Shown one piece after another: positions 19,114 to 28,435 of a stretch of 64,000 nt of DNA (positions are counted from its first letter, which is position 1; each line of letters opens with the position of its first letter). The DNA is from an uncultured Acidobacteriota bacterium (GTDB lineage: Bacteria > Acidobacteriota > Blastocatellia > RBC074), in assembly GCA_963796275.1 (NCBI GenBank), contig CAWCKY010000004.1, positions 416,001 to 480,000 of the forward strand. The letters run 5' to 3'. Below the pieces are notes generated by a model. That model had not been told where the DNA came from. It was given only the letters and a program-made list of their open reading frames with translations, and did no database searches. A program made the translations under genes and the position numbers.

Positions 19114-22100
19114 GTGCGATCCCCAAAGTACCTCTTTCGTTTTATTATCGGAATGTCGTTGTTAAGCTACATTCTCTCTTTTGACTGCACTTTGAGCGTA
19201 TCCTCTCTGGCACAATCAAAGGATGACGATGCCATTCGCGGACTGGTCAAGAAAATATTCGAGTTATACCAAGAGAAAGCCACCGATAAGCTTCTCTCAC
19301 TCTGGAACGAGAAATCTCCTCTTCTGATCGAGAACAAAAAAGCCCTGCAAAGGGAATTTGCCGCATACGAGCAGATTATTGTGAAGGGGTTTGACATTCG
19401 TCAGATGAAGATCGTTGGCGATAAGGCAACGCTGCGGGTGGTGGCTGAGATGGCACTCACCAGATCCAATTTGGTAAAACCGATTGAAACTTTAGATAAG
19501 AAGAACCTGACGATTGAGCTGGTAGCCCAGGACGGAGGTTGGAAACTATGGAAATTTATCTTGAGCGAGGAAGAACTGTCTGCGGCTATCGTTGAAGCAA
19601 AGTCAGATGAAGAGCGGAAGGTCTTGATGAAGAGAGAGCCAGAATTGATCACCTCCGACCTCGCATCCGCTCTCCTTCGCCGGAATCTTGATGTTGAAAC
19701 TCTCTATCAAAAGGGATACCAACACGCACTCGCCATCAATCGGATCGCATATGAGCTTGCAGAATTGAATGCTGACCAATATGTCATGGCAAATGTACTA
19801 ATAAATATAGCTACCATATATGGTTGGATAGGAGCACCTGAAAAATCTCCTGACTTGGCGTTAGAGAATTTACGAAAAAGTTTGAAGATTGGAGAGGTGA
19901 ACGGATTTAAAAAGATTATCGGCATTTCGCTGAGCAACTCTGCAATGTTATATCAAACCCTAGGCGAGCTTTCCCCGGCCACTGATTTTTATCTGAGAAG
20001 CCTCAAACTGTTTGAGGAACGGAGAGACCCCATAGCGATTATCCCGACCTTGAATAACCTGGGTATTATCTATGATCTACAAGGCAATTCAGCCAAGGCT
20101 CTGGAATTTCACTTGAGATCACTGAAGATGTCGGAAACCCGACTCGAGTCCGGATCGGATTGGGCAAATTTATCGAGGGCGCTTGGAAATATTGGCAGTG
20201 TTTTCATGGCCCAAGGAAACGATGACCAGGCGTTGTCATATTGCCAAAAAGCGTATGAAGCCGCGGAAAAAGCGAGGACGCTGGGAGATTCTTCCGCCAG
20301 TTATCTCAAATCCAAACTGTTAGAATCCATTGCCAAAATTTATCTGAAGCAAGGCGACCACTCATTATCGATGGATTATTACCAGAAAAGCCTGAAGCTG
20401 GCGGAAGAGCTTGGAAATACACTGATAGATCTTAAAGACAGTTCAATTTCATCACTCAAAACGAGCATTGGCGACGTTTTCTCAGCACAAAATAATCTGT
20501 CTCAAGCCATCGAAAACTATAAGGAAGCAATTCTGATGGCTGCAAAATCAAGAAATAAAACTATGATGCCGTACCCTCTATTTCGCCTGGGTGAGATTTA
20601 TCTCTTACGCGGGGATTATCGCGAGGCTTTAGCCTATGCTGAGCGAGCTATCAGTGCTGCAGAAGAAAGCGGCGTTCCCAGTTATTCGCGTGACGCTCTA
20701 GTAACAGCGGCTAGAGTCTATCAGAAGCTCGGCCAACCTGAGGAAGCCCGCCAAACATTAGTCAGGGCAATTGATGTTACCGAGCGGTCGCGCGAGCAGT
20801 TTGCCGGAAGCGAAATCGACCGCCAGCGTTCCTACGAGAAATTCGTGACTCCGTATCAGGTTATGATCGATTTCCAAGCCGAACGAAAACAATTCAGGGA
20901 AGCCTTCTCCTATGCGCAGCGAGCGAAAAGTCGCACTCTCCTGGAACTACTACAAAACGGCCGAGTCAACATTGACAAATCGTCGTCTCCCGCGAAGCGG
21001 GAGCAGGAGCTACCACTAACCCGCAAGATCATTTCTCTCAACCGTCAAGTCACCGATGAGAAACTGAAATCTCAACCAGATTTAAAACGACTGGCTGAGG
21101 TCGAAGAGCAGTTGAAAAAAGCCCGCTCAGAGTTCGAAGCTTTCCGCACTACACTTTATGCCACACATCCCGAGCTTAAAGTTCAGCGCGGCGAGATTCG
21201 ACCGATATCCTTTGACGACGTCGCGGGCCTCATTCCAGACTCTAAGGCAGCACTGTTAGATTTCATCGTCACCGACGAGAACGTCCACCTCTTCCTCTTG
21301 ACCAAAGATGCTTCCGCGCAACCGGCCCTGAATACTTATACCATCAAGATCGAGCGCAAAGCGCTGGCAGAGAAGGTCGACCGCTTCCGGCGCCGAATGG
21401 AAAACCGAGACTACGACTTCCAGGCCCTCTCCAGGGAACTCTATGACTTGTTGATCAAACCGGCGCAGAAACAACTGCAGAACAAAACCAATCTCATTAT
21501 CTCTCCCGACAATGTGCTATGGGACTTGCCATTCCAGGCTTTGCTCTCTCCGGAGCTACGCTATTTGATTGAAGACACCGCAATCTCATATGCTCCTTCC
21601 CTCTCGGTGCTGAGAGAGATGCGGCTCGCGAGCAAAAAGAGACCGGCGCCAGCCAAAACCTCGTTACTGGCTCTGGGCAACCCGGCGCTGGGACAGCGGA
21701 GCCGTGAATTGGTAAAGTTTGTCAAAATGGATTCAGAGTTACAGCCATTGCCTGAGGCGGCTGATCAAGTCCGGGCTTTGGAGCGTTTGTACGGGAAGAC
21801 GCTAAGCAATGTGTACACGGGCACAGCTGCACGAGAAGAACTGGTCAAGGAGCAATCGGCCCGCTATCGCATCCTGCATCTGGCGGCTCACGGCATCTTC
21901 AACGACGTCAGCCCGATGTACTCGCACATCCTGCTGTCTCAAACTCCCGGAAAGGACGAAGAAGACGGGCTGCTGGAAGCCTGGGAGATGATGAACCTCG
22001 ATTTGAATGCCGACCTGGTGGTGCTCTCCGCCTGTGAGACGGCGCGCGGGCGAGTGGGAGCGGGCGAAGGTGTGATCGGGATGACGTGGGCGTTATTCGT

Positions 22101-22329
22101 GGCGGGATGTCCGAGGACCGTGGTCAGTCAATGGAAGGTAGAAGCATCGAGCACGACGGCCTTGATGCTAGAGTTCCACAAGAGATTCAAGACGAGACTC
22201 GAGCATCAGAAATCAGCTGTTTCTACCGCGGAGGCGATGAGGCAGGCTGCCTTGAAAGTGATGAAGAACCCGGAATACGTGCATCCATTCTATTGGGGCG
22301 GATTTGTCGTCGTCGGCGATGGCAATTGA
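19114..22329 (+). CDS. Exported TPR-CHAT caspase-like protease with N-terminal NTF2/SnoaL-like domain, copy 1
   Basis: GTG after AAGGAG; signal peptide (SLA-QS); TPR array; AQRAKSRTLL; intact dyad ILHLAAHG and VVLSACETA; SQWKV; HPFYWGGF. Confidence 0.92.
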   Translation: MRSPKYLFRFIIGMSLLSYILSFDCTLSVSSLAQSKDDDAIRGLVKKIFELYQEKATDKLLSLWNEKSPLLIENKKALQREFAAYEQIIVKGFDIRQMKIVGDKATLRVVAEMALTRSNLVKPIETLDKKNLTIELVAQDGGWKLWKFILSEEELSAAIVEAKSDEERKVLMKREPELITSDLASALLRRNLDVETLYQKGYQHALAINRIAYELAELNADQYVMANVLINIATIYGWIGAPEKSPDLALENLRKSLKIGEVNGFKKIIGISLSNSAMLYQTLGELSPATDFYLRSLKLFEERRDPIAIIPTLNNLGIIYDLQGNSAKALEFHLRSLKMSETRLESGSDWANLSRALGNIGSVFMAQGNDDQALSYCQKAYEAAEKARTLGDSSASYLKSKLLESIAKIYLKQGDHSLSMDYYQKSLKLAEELGNTLIDLKDSSISSLKTSIGDVFSAQNNLSQAIENYKEAILMAAKSRNKTMMPYPLFRLGEIYLLRGDYREALAYAERAISAAEESGVPSYSRDALVTAARVYQKLGQPEEARQTLVRAIDVTERSREQFAGSEIDRQRSYEKFVTPYQVMIDFQAERKQFREAFSYAQRAKSRTLLELLQNGRVNIDKSSSPAKREQELPLTRKIISLNRQVTDEKLKSQPDLKRLAEVEEQLKKARSEFEAFRTTLYATHPELKVQRGEIRPISFDDVAGLIPDSKAALLDFIVTDENVHLFLLTKDASAQPALNTYTIKIERKALAEKVDRFRRRMENRDYDFQALSRELYDLLIKPAQKQLQNKTNLIISPDNVLWDLPFQALLSPELRYLIEDTAISYAPSLSVLREMRLASKKRPAPAKTSLLALGNPALGQRSRELVKFVKMDSELQPLPEAADQVRALERLYGKTLSNVYTGTAAREELVKEQSARYRILHLAAHGIFNDVSPMYSHILLSQTPGKDEEDGLLEAWEMMNLDLNADLVVLSACETARGRVGAGEGVIGMTWALFVAGCPRTVVSQWKVEASSTTALMLEFHKRFKTRLEHQKSAVSTAEAMRQAALKVMKNPEYVHPFYWGGFVVVGDGN

Positions 22330-22363
22330 ATAAAAAGACTGATGCAATGCGGAGATAGGTTTT

Positions 22364-22729
22364 CGTTTATGTTCGAAACGAAGCAAGGCAAATTCGTGCA
22401 TCGGGCTATCAATTCTAAAGTAGGGCGAGACTGAAACTTTCCCGGGCTCAGCCCCTTGTCGATGAAGCTGCCATCCGGACGTACCTTGACAGCACCGCGG
22501 CCCGGTCCACTCACCCCTTCCGAATTGATATAGAAATATTGCGGGCTTCCCGCTCTCATTGAACCTCATCAAATCCACTTGCTCTTCAAGTAACGGGCGG
22601 CCACTCGAATCAGTAATGGATACTGTAATCACGCCGCCGCGTTTCAGTTCGATGTCAATGTTCTCAATGGTTTCGTTGTCGCCGACGTTAAGCATCCTGC
22701 CACGCGTCTCTGAGTTTTAGCTTTGACAT
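22364..22729 (-). pseudogene. Decayed, internally deleted copy of the 16801-18516 gene
   Basis: ~22364-22530 matches 17220-17390; ~22531-22702 matches 18009-18180 (NVGDNETIENIDIELKRGGVIT); ~22715 onward matches the start and upstream region from ~18505. Confidence 0.85.
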
Positions 22730-23170
22730 GCTTTCTCCAAATCCCAGGTCGAAGCGCCAGGTGGAATGTTGGTAGTTTAGTTTTCAGCGTTTCTAGATAC
22801 TGGCTGCGCAAGATCAGGAATTTTCCTCACGCAAAGCCGCTAAGACGCAAGGAGATGATGCAATGACAGAACCTAGAATCTGAGAGACTTGCGGCCTGAC
22901 GTGAGATTTTCCTTCTCTGTTGCGTCCGCTGTGAATACCGTTGTCTCTGAAACCGGACCGAATCATATGCACACGCTAATCGGATCGCAACCGCAAGCTC
23001 ATATTAACTTGGGTTCGATCTTAAGAAAATATTTCTTTTTTTTATCTTCTCGCCTACAATTCGACCGTTGAGACTGTCTGATGTTCTCCGCAAAGACGCA
23101 GTCTGTCATTTCTTCGGTCTCAAATAGGCCGCATTATTGTCCTTACACATTACAACAGGATAAATCCCCA

Positions 23171-26100
23171 GTGCGAACCCCTAAACACCTCTCACGTTTT
23201 ATCACCGGAATGTCGTTATTGAGCTGTCTTCTCTGTTTTGACTGCGCCTTGGGTCTATCCTCCCTGGCACAATCGCGGGATGACGAAGCCATTCTCAGTC
23301 TGGTCGGGAGACTCTTCGAATCATATCAACAAGAAGACCTCGACAAGTTGACCTCATTGTGGAGCGAAAAATCTTCTTTCCTATCCGAGAACAAAAAAGC
23401 CTTGCGTGAGGAATTCACCGCATACGAGAAGATTGCTGTGAAAAGTTTCGACATACGTCGGATGAAGATCGATGGCGATAAGGCGACCCTGCGAGTGGTA
23501 TCTGAGATGGCGCTTACCAGGGCTAATATGGTGAAGGCCATTGAAAAGATAGAGAAGAAAACCCGAACGATCGAGTTGGTCAACGAGAGTGGAACTTGGA
23601 AGGTATGGAAATTCATCGCCGGCGAGGAAGAACTGGCTGCCGCGATCATTGCTGCGAAGACAGATGAAGAGCGGAAGGCCTTGCTGGAAAGAGAACCAGA
23701 ATTGATTACTTCCGACCTCGCCGATTATCTCATTCGTCGGAATTATCCTATCATTGGTGATAACAAGAACTACCAAAACGCGCTCGCGATCAATCAATTG
23801 GCCAGAAAACTCGGAGAACAAACCGGTGAGCCTTGGGTAATAGCAAACGCGCTGATGAATGCAGGATACATCCATGGTTGGATAGGCACCCCAGAGAAAT
23901 CACATGAAATGGCACTTCAGTATTTCCTAAAAAGTTTGAAGATAGGGGAAGAGTTTGGATATAAAGAGCTCACTGCCAGTTCATTGGTTCGTGCTGCAGT
24001 GATCTATCATCTTCTAAGCGAATATTCGCAAGCCACAGAATATTATCATAGGGGACTCAAACTGGCTGAAGAATTGGGAGACCTCAAGTTGATGGGTCAA
24101 GCGATGAATAACCTGTCAATCATCTATCGCGAAAACGGTAATTACGCCAAAGGCCTGTGGTTTCTGTTGAAATGCCTGCAGCTACTTGAAAACCAACTCA
24201 ACTCCGATCCGAATTGGGAACTTCTGTCAAGAGTCCTGACAAATATAGGCAGGATTTTCGCGTCCCAAGGTAACGTTGAGCAGGCTTTGGCTTATTACCA
24301 AAGGGGACTTGAAATGGCAGAAAAAGGAATTAAGTCGGGAGATACTAGGGCTAGGTTTAGTAAGGAACCTGTGCTATCACTCATTGGTCAAGTCTATCTG
24401 GAACAGGGCAACCTATCCTTAGCTAAAGAATATTTTCAGAAAAGTCAGAGGCTGTTGGAAGAGGGTGTAGATCCTTTAATTCCTACAGATATCGCCGTTT
24501 TCTGGGCCAAGGAGAGCATTGGAGAAGTTTTGGCAGCGGAAAATAATATCCTTCAAGCAATCGCTACCTATCAGGAAGCTCTTCAGCTGGCGGAAAAATA
24601 TAGATATAAGGAGGGGATGTCGAGCGCCTCACTGAGTTTGGGAAAGTTGCACCTATCGCGTGGAGATTATCACGAGGCATTGACCTATGCTGAACGAGTC
24701 GTCGAGGCTGCCGAAGAAACCACCCAATCTGTCTATCGTGCTCTGGAAATAGCCGCTAAAGCCTATCTGAAGCTCAACCGACTGGAAGAGGCACATCAGA
24801 CGTTGGTCAGAGCTATTGATATCACTGAGCAGTTACGCGAGCATTTGGCCGGTGGTGAACTCGACCGCCAACGTTCGTTTGAAGGCGCCGTGAGTCCATA
24901 TCAAACAATGATCGATCTCCAGATCGATCAAAAACAATTTACAGAAGCCTTCTCTTATGCTCAACGCGCAAAAGGACGCACTCTCCTGGAACTATTGCAG
25001 AACGGACGCGTCAATATTGATAAATCAGCGTCTGCAGCGGAGCGTGAACAAGAACAACAACTAAGCCGAAAGATCACTTCACTCAACAGTCAAATCACCA
25101 GTGAGAAACTGAAGTCTCAACCCGATGAAAAACTCCTGGGCAGCTTTGAAGAAGAGTTGAAAAAGTCCCGCTTGGAGTTCGATGCATTCCAAACCGCCCT
25201 CTACGCTGCCCATCCTGAACTCAAAGTCCAGCGCGGAGAGATTCGACCGGTCTCCATTTCCGATGCAGGAGACCTCATTCCCAATTCCAAAACCGCATTA
25301 CTGGATTTCATCGTCACAAACGAGAATGTCCATCTCTTCGTAGTGACCAAGGACTCATCCGCTCAACCAATCCTGAACACCTACACCGTCAAGATCGAAC
25401 GCAAATTGCTGACTGAGAAGTCCGAGCGCTTCCGTCGCCGAATGGAGAACCGAGACTACGATTTCCAGGAGCTCTCCAAGGAGCTCTATAACTTATTGCT
25501 CAAACCGGCTCAGAAGCAACTGCAGAACAAAACCAACCTGATCATCTCTCCCGATAACGTTCTGTGGAACTTGCCATTCCAGGTATTGCTATCTCCGAAC
25601 CTACGTTATCTGGTCGAAGACGCCGCGATCTCATATGTGCCATCGCTCTCCGTGCTTAGAGAGATGCAGCTTGGGCGAAAAAAGAATCAAACTCCGGCAA
25701 AGGCATTATTACTGGCTCTGGGAAACCCGGACCTGGGAAAACAGAGTATAGAAACAGCCAAGTTCGTGAAGATGGACGCGGAATTGCAGCCATTGCCCGA
25801 GGCGGCGACTCAAGTCCGCTCCCTGGGCCGTTTGTACGGGAAGACGCTAAGCAATGTGTACACGGGCACAGACGCACGAGAAGAACTGGTCAAGGAACAA
25901 TCGGCCCGCTATCGCATCCTGCATCTGGCGGCTCACGGCATCTTCAACGACATCAGCCCGATGTATTCGCACATCCTGCTGTCTCAAACTCCCGGAAAGG
26001 ACGGAGAAGACGGGCTGCTGGAAGCCTGGGAGATGATGAACCTCGATTTGAATGCCGACCTGGTGGTGCTCTCCGCCTGTGAGACTGCGCGCGGGCGAGT

Positions 26101-26374
26101 GGGAGCGGGCGAAGGAGTGATCGGGATGACGTGGGCGTTATTCGTGGCGGGATGTCCGAGGACGGTGGTCAGCCAGTGGAAGGTAGAAGCGTCGAGCACG
26201 ACGGCCTTGATGCTAGAGTTCCACAAGAGGTTCAAGACGAGACTCGAACATCAGAAATCAGCTGTTTCTACGGCGGAGGCGATGAGGCAGGCTGCCTTGA
26301 AAGTGATGAAGAACCCGGAATATGTGCATCCATTCTATTGGGGCGGATTTGTCGTCGTCGGCGATGGCAACTGA
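23171..26374 (+). CDS. Exported TPR-CHAT caspase-like protease, copy 2
   Basis: GTG start homologous to copy 1 (VRTPKHLSRFITGMSLL); same architecture; intact His and Cys motifs. Confidence 0.92.
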   Translation: MRTPKHLSRFITGMSLLSCLLCFDCALGLSSLAQSRDDEAILSLVGRLFESYQQEDLDKLTSLWSEKSSFLSENKKALREEFTAYEKIAVKSFDIRRMKIDGDKATLRVVSEMALTRANMVKAIEKIEKKTRTIELVNESGTWKVWKFIAGEEELAAAIIAAKTDEERKALLEREPELITSDLADYLIRRNYPIIGDNKNYQNALAINQLARKLGEQTGEPWVIANALMNAGYIHGWIGTPEKSHEMALQYFLKSLKIGEEFGYKELTASSLVRAAVIYHLLSEYSQATEYYHRGLKLAEELGDLKLMGQAMNNLSIIYRENGNYAKGLWFLLKCLQLLENQLNSDPNWELLSRVLTNIGRIFASQGNVEQALAYYQRGLEMAEKGIKSGDTRARFSKEPVLSLIGQVYLEQGNLSLAKEYFQKSQRLLEEGVDPLIPTDIAVFWAKESIGEVLAAENNILQAIATYQEALQLAEKYRYKEGMSSASLSLGKLHLSRGDYHEALTYAERVVEAAEETTQSVYRALEIAAKAYLKLNRLEEAHQTLVRAIDITEQLREHLAGGELDRQRSFEGAVSPYQTMIDLQIDQKQFTEAFSYAQRAKGRTLLELLQNGRVNIDKSASAAEREQEQQLSRKITSLNSQITSEKLKSQPDEKLLGSFEEELKKSRLEFDAFQTALYAAHPELKVQRGEIRPVSISDAGDLIPNSKTALLDFIVTNENVHLFVVTKDSSAQPILNTYTVKIERKLLTEKSERFRRRMENRDYDFQELSKELYNLLLKPAQKQLQNKTNLIISPDNVLWNLPFQVLLSPNLRYLVEDAAISYVPSLSVLREMQLGRKKNQTPAKALLLALGNPDLGKQSIETAKFVKMDAELQPLPEAATQVRSLGRLYGKTLSNVYTGTDAREELVKEQSARYRILHLAAHGIFNDISPMYSHILLSQTPGKDGEDGLLEAWEMMNLDLNADLVVLSACETARGRVGAGEGVIGMTWALFVAGCPRTVVSQWKVEASSTTALMLEFHKRFKTRLEHQKSAVSTAEAMRQAALKVMKNPEYVHPFYWGGFVVVGDGN

Positions 26375-26456
26375 ATAAAGACTGATGCGATGCGGAGATA
26401 GGTTTCGTTCTCTTTTTATGCTCCCGATCCGCCCAGCACTTGCATCAAAAACCCAC

Positions 26457-26485
26457 TTGACGCATCCTTCACAGCCGAATAGAAT
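26457..26485 (+). promoter_or_regulatory. sigma70 promoter of the ABC operon
   Basis: TTGACG-17 nt-TAGAAT; direct repeat gcagatcatt x2 just downstream at 26512-26531. Confidence 0.65.
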
Positions 26486-26568
26486 TTTTCACTTACATTA
26501 GCCCCCCTGAGGCAGATCATTGCAGATCATTTCAGGTTCGATTCATTTCAAATCAATCGGAGGCAATC

Positions 26569-27600
26569 TTGATTGAAGTCGAGCATCTGACAAAGAGCTA
26601 CGGACAGGCACGCGCCGTCAATGATATCTCATTCCAGGTTGAAAAAGGTGAGATACTGGGCTTTCTCGGCCCCAACGGCGCCGGAAAGACCACTACAATG
26701 CGCGTTTTAACCGGCTATCTTCCGGCAACCAGCGGGACTGCCCGCATCGCCGGTTATGACGTATTCGAACAATCGATGGAGGTCCGCAAACGCATCGGCT
26801 ATCTGCCGGAGACTCCTCCGCTCTATACCGACATGTCGGTCGGGGACTACCTGGCATTCGTCGCACGGATCAAAGGTGTACCCTCGGGCGATATCAACCG
26901 CCGGATGGAAGAGGCGATGCGGATGGCCAACATCACGGACAAGCGATACGAACTTATCAAACGTCTATCACGCGGCTATAAACAGCGCGTCGGCATAGCG
27001 CAGGCGATAGTTCACAACCCCGATGTCGTCATCCTCGACGAGCCCACCGTCGGCCTCGATCCTAACCAGATCAAAGAGGTACGCCACCTGATCAAGGGTC
27101 TCGCCGGGGAGCATACGATCATCCTTTCGACGCATATCCTCCCTGAGGTCGAGATGACCTGTGACCGCGTCGTGATTATCAACAAGGGCAGGATCGTCGC
27201 GGTCGATACGACGGAGAATTTGACCACTCAAATCAAGGGTGGCGAACGCGTACAGGTCAAGATCAGGGGCCCTCAAGAGAAAATTCGCAATACGCTCGAA
27301 AAGATCGACGCCGTAAAACATGTAGATCTGAGTCCGTCGGATGACTCGGATGTGGTGGGCGCGATGATCGAAAGCGAACAGGGCACGGATTTACGCCCGC
27401 AGATCGCCGCCCGCATAGTAAGCAGCGGTCTCGACCTGCTCGAACTGCGCGCCGTCAAACTGAGTCTTGAAGATATCTTCATGCAATTGACGACCGAGGA
27501 GAAGTCGGTTGTCGAGTCCGACTCCAGACCGGGAGCGAGAGAAGCCGAGCCTCCGACAGAAGGCGAGTCCCTCACTGAGGTCGCCCGCGCCGACGCCTGA
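26569..27600 (+). CDS. ABC transporter ATP-binding protein (GldA-like)
   Basis: GPNGAGKTT, LSRGYKQR, ILDEPTVGLD, STH; TTG start after GGAGG. Confidence 0.92.
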   Translation: MIEVEHLTKSYGQARAVNDISFQVEKGEILGFLGPNGAGKTTTMRVLTGYLPATSGTARIAGYDVFEQSMEVRKRIGYLPETPPLYTDMSVGDYLAFVARIKGVPSGDINRRMEEAMRMANITDKRYELIKRLSRGYKQRVGIAQAIVHNPDVVILDEPTVGLDPNQIKEVRHLIKGLAGEHTIILSTHILPEVEMTCDRVVIINKGRIVAVDTTENLTTQIKGGERVQVKIRGPQEKIRNTLEKIDAVKHVDLSPSDDSDVVGAMIESEQGTDLRPQIAARIVSSGLDLLELRAVKLSLEDIFMQLTTEEKSVVESDSRPGAREAEPPTEGESLTEVARADA

Positions 27601-27639
27601 GCTCCCGCCGCAATCCGCAACTGAAAGGGTTTCTATGAT

Positions 27640-28428
27640 ATGAAAGGAATTCTAGCTATCTACCGCCGCGAGATGAACAGTTATTTCGTCTCGCCTATAG
27701 CCTATATTGTTATTGGCTTTTTCCTGGTGATCACCGGATATTTCTTCTACGTTTATCTAACGGTTTATATGGAGCAAGCCTTCATGGCGCAGATGCGCGC
27801 CCAGCGCATGGGCGCCCCGCCCGATATGGATGTCCCTGGGATGGTTATACGTAGTTTCACCGGAGTCATCGCTTTCGTCCAGCTCTTCCTCGTGCCCATG
27901 CTGACCATGGGCGTATATGCTGAAGAACGTAAACGCGGCACGATGGAGATGCTCATGACTTCGCCGATCTCCGAGCTCCAAATAGTGGTCGGCAAATATC
28001 TAGCCTCGCTCGTGCTCCTCGTCGTGATGCTTGTACCGACATTGATCTACTTCGTCGTCATGTCGCGTTACAGCGAGCCTGCCATGCCCTGGCGGATAGT
28101 CCTCTCGAGTTATCTCGGCGTCTTCCTGCTCGGGGCGGTGCTGATTGCTCTCGGATCTTTCATCTCGTCGCTGACGGAGAACCAGATCATCGCGGGAGTA
28201 TCTACGTTCGTTATCTTCCTGTTGCTCTGGGTGATCGATATCGGATTTCGCAGTGCGAGCACGACGACCGGGGAAATCTTCAAATATCTTTCAATCCTCC
28301 AGCATTACGATTCATTTTCGCAGGGCGTGATCGATACATCGAGCATAATCTTCTATGTCTCGTTCACCCTGTTAGGTCTCTTCTTGACGCTGCGCGCGCT
28401 GGATTCAATGAGATGGAGGAGAGCTTAG
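27640..28428 (+). CDS. ABC-2 permease (GldF-like)
   Basis: RREMNSYFVSPIAY, AEERKRGTMEMLMTSP, SSLTENQIIA; about six hydrophobic segments. Confidence 0.88.
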   Translation: MKGILAIYRREMNSYFVSPIAYIVIGFFLVITGYFFYVYLTVYMEQAFMAQMRAQRMGAPPDMDVPGMVIRSFTGVIAFVQLFLVPMLTMGVYAEERKRGTMEMLMTSPISELQIVVGKYLASLVLLVVMLVPTLIYFVVMSRYSEPAMPWRIVLSSYLGVFLLGAVLIALGSFISSLTENQIIAGVSTFVIFLLLWVIDIGFRSASTTTGEIFKYLSILQHYDSFSQGVIDTSSIIFYVSFTLLGLFLTLRALDSMRWRRA

Positions 28429-28435
28429 GACAGTT

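Noticed and set aside
21784-26409. Diversity-generating retroelement template/variable repeat pair
   Set aside because: Both copies are inside intact paralogs, differences are mostly synonymous and not adenine-specific, and no reverse transcriptase is present.
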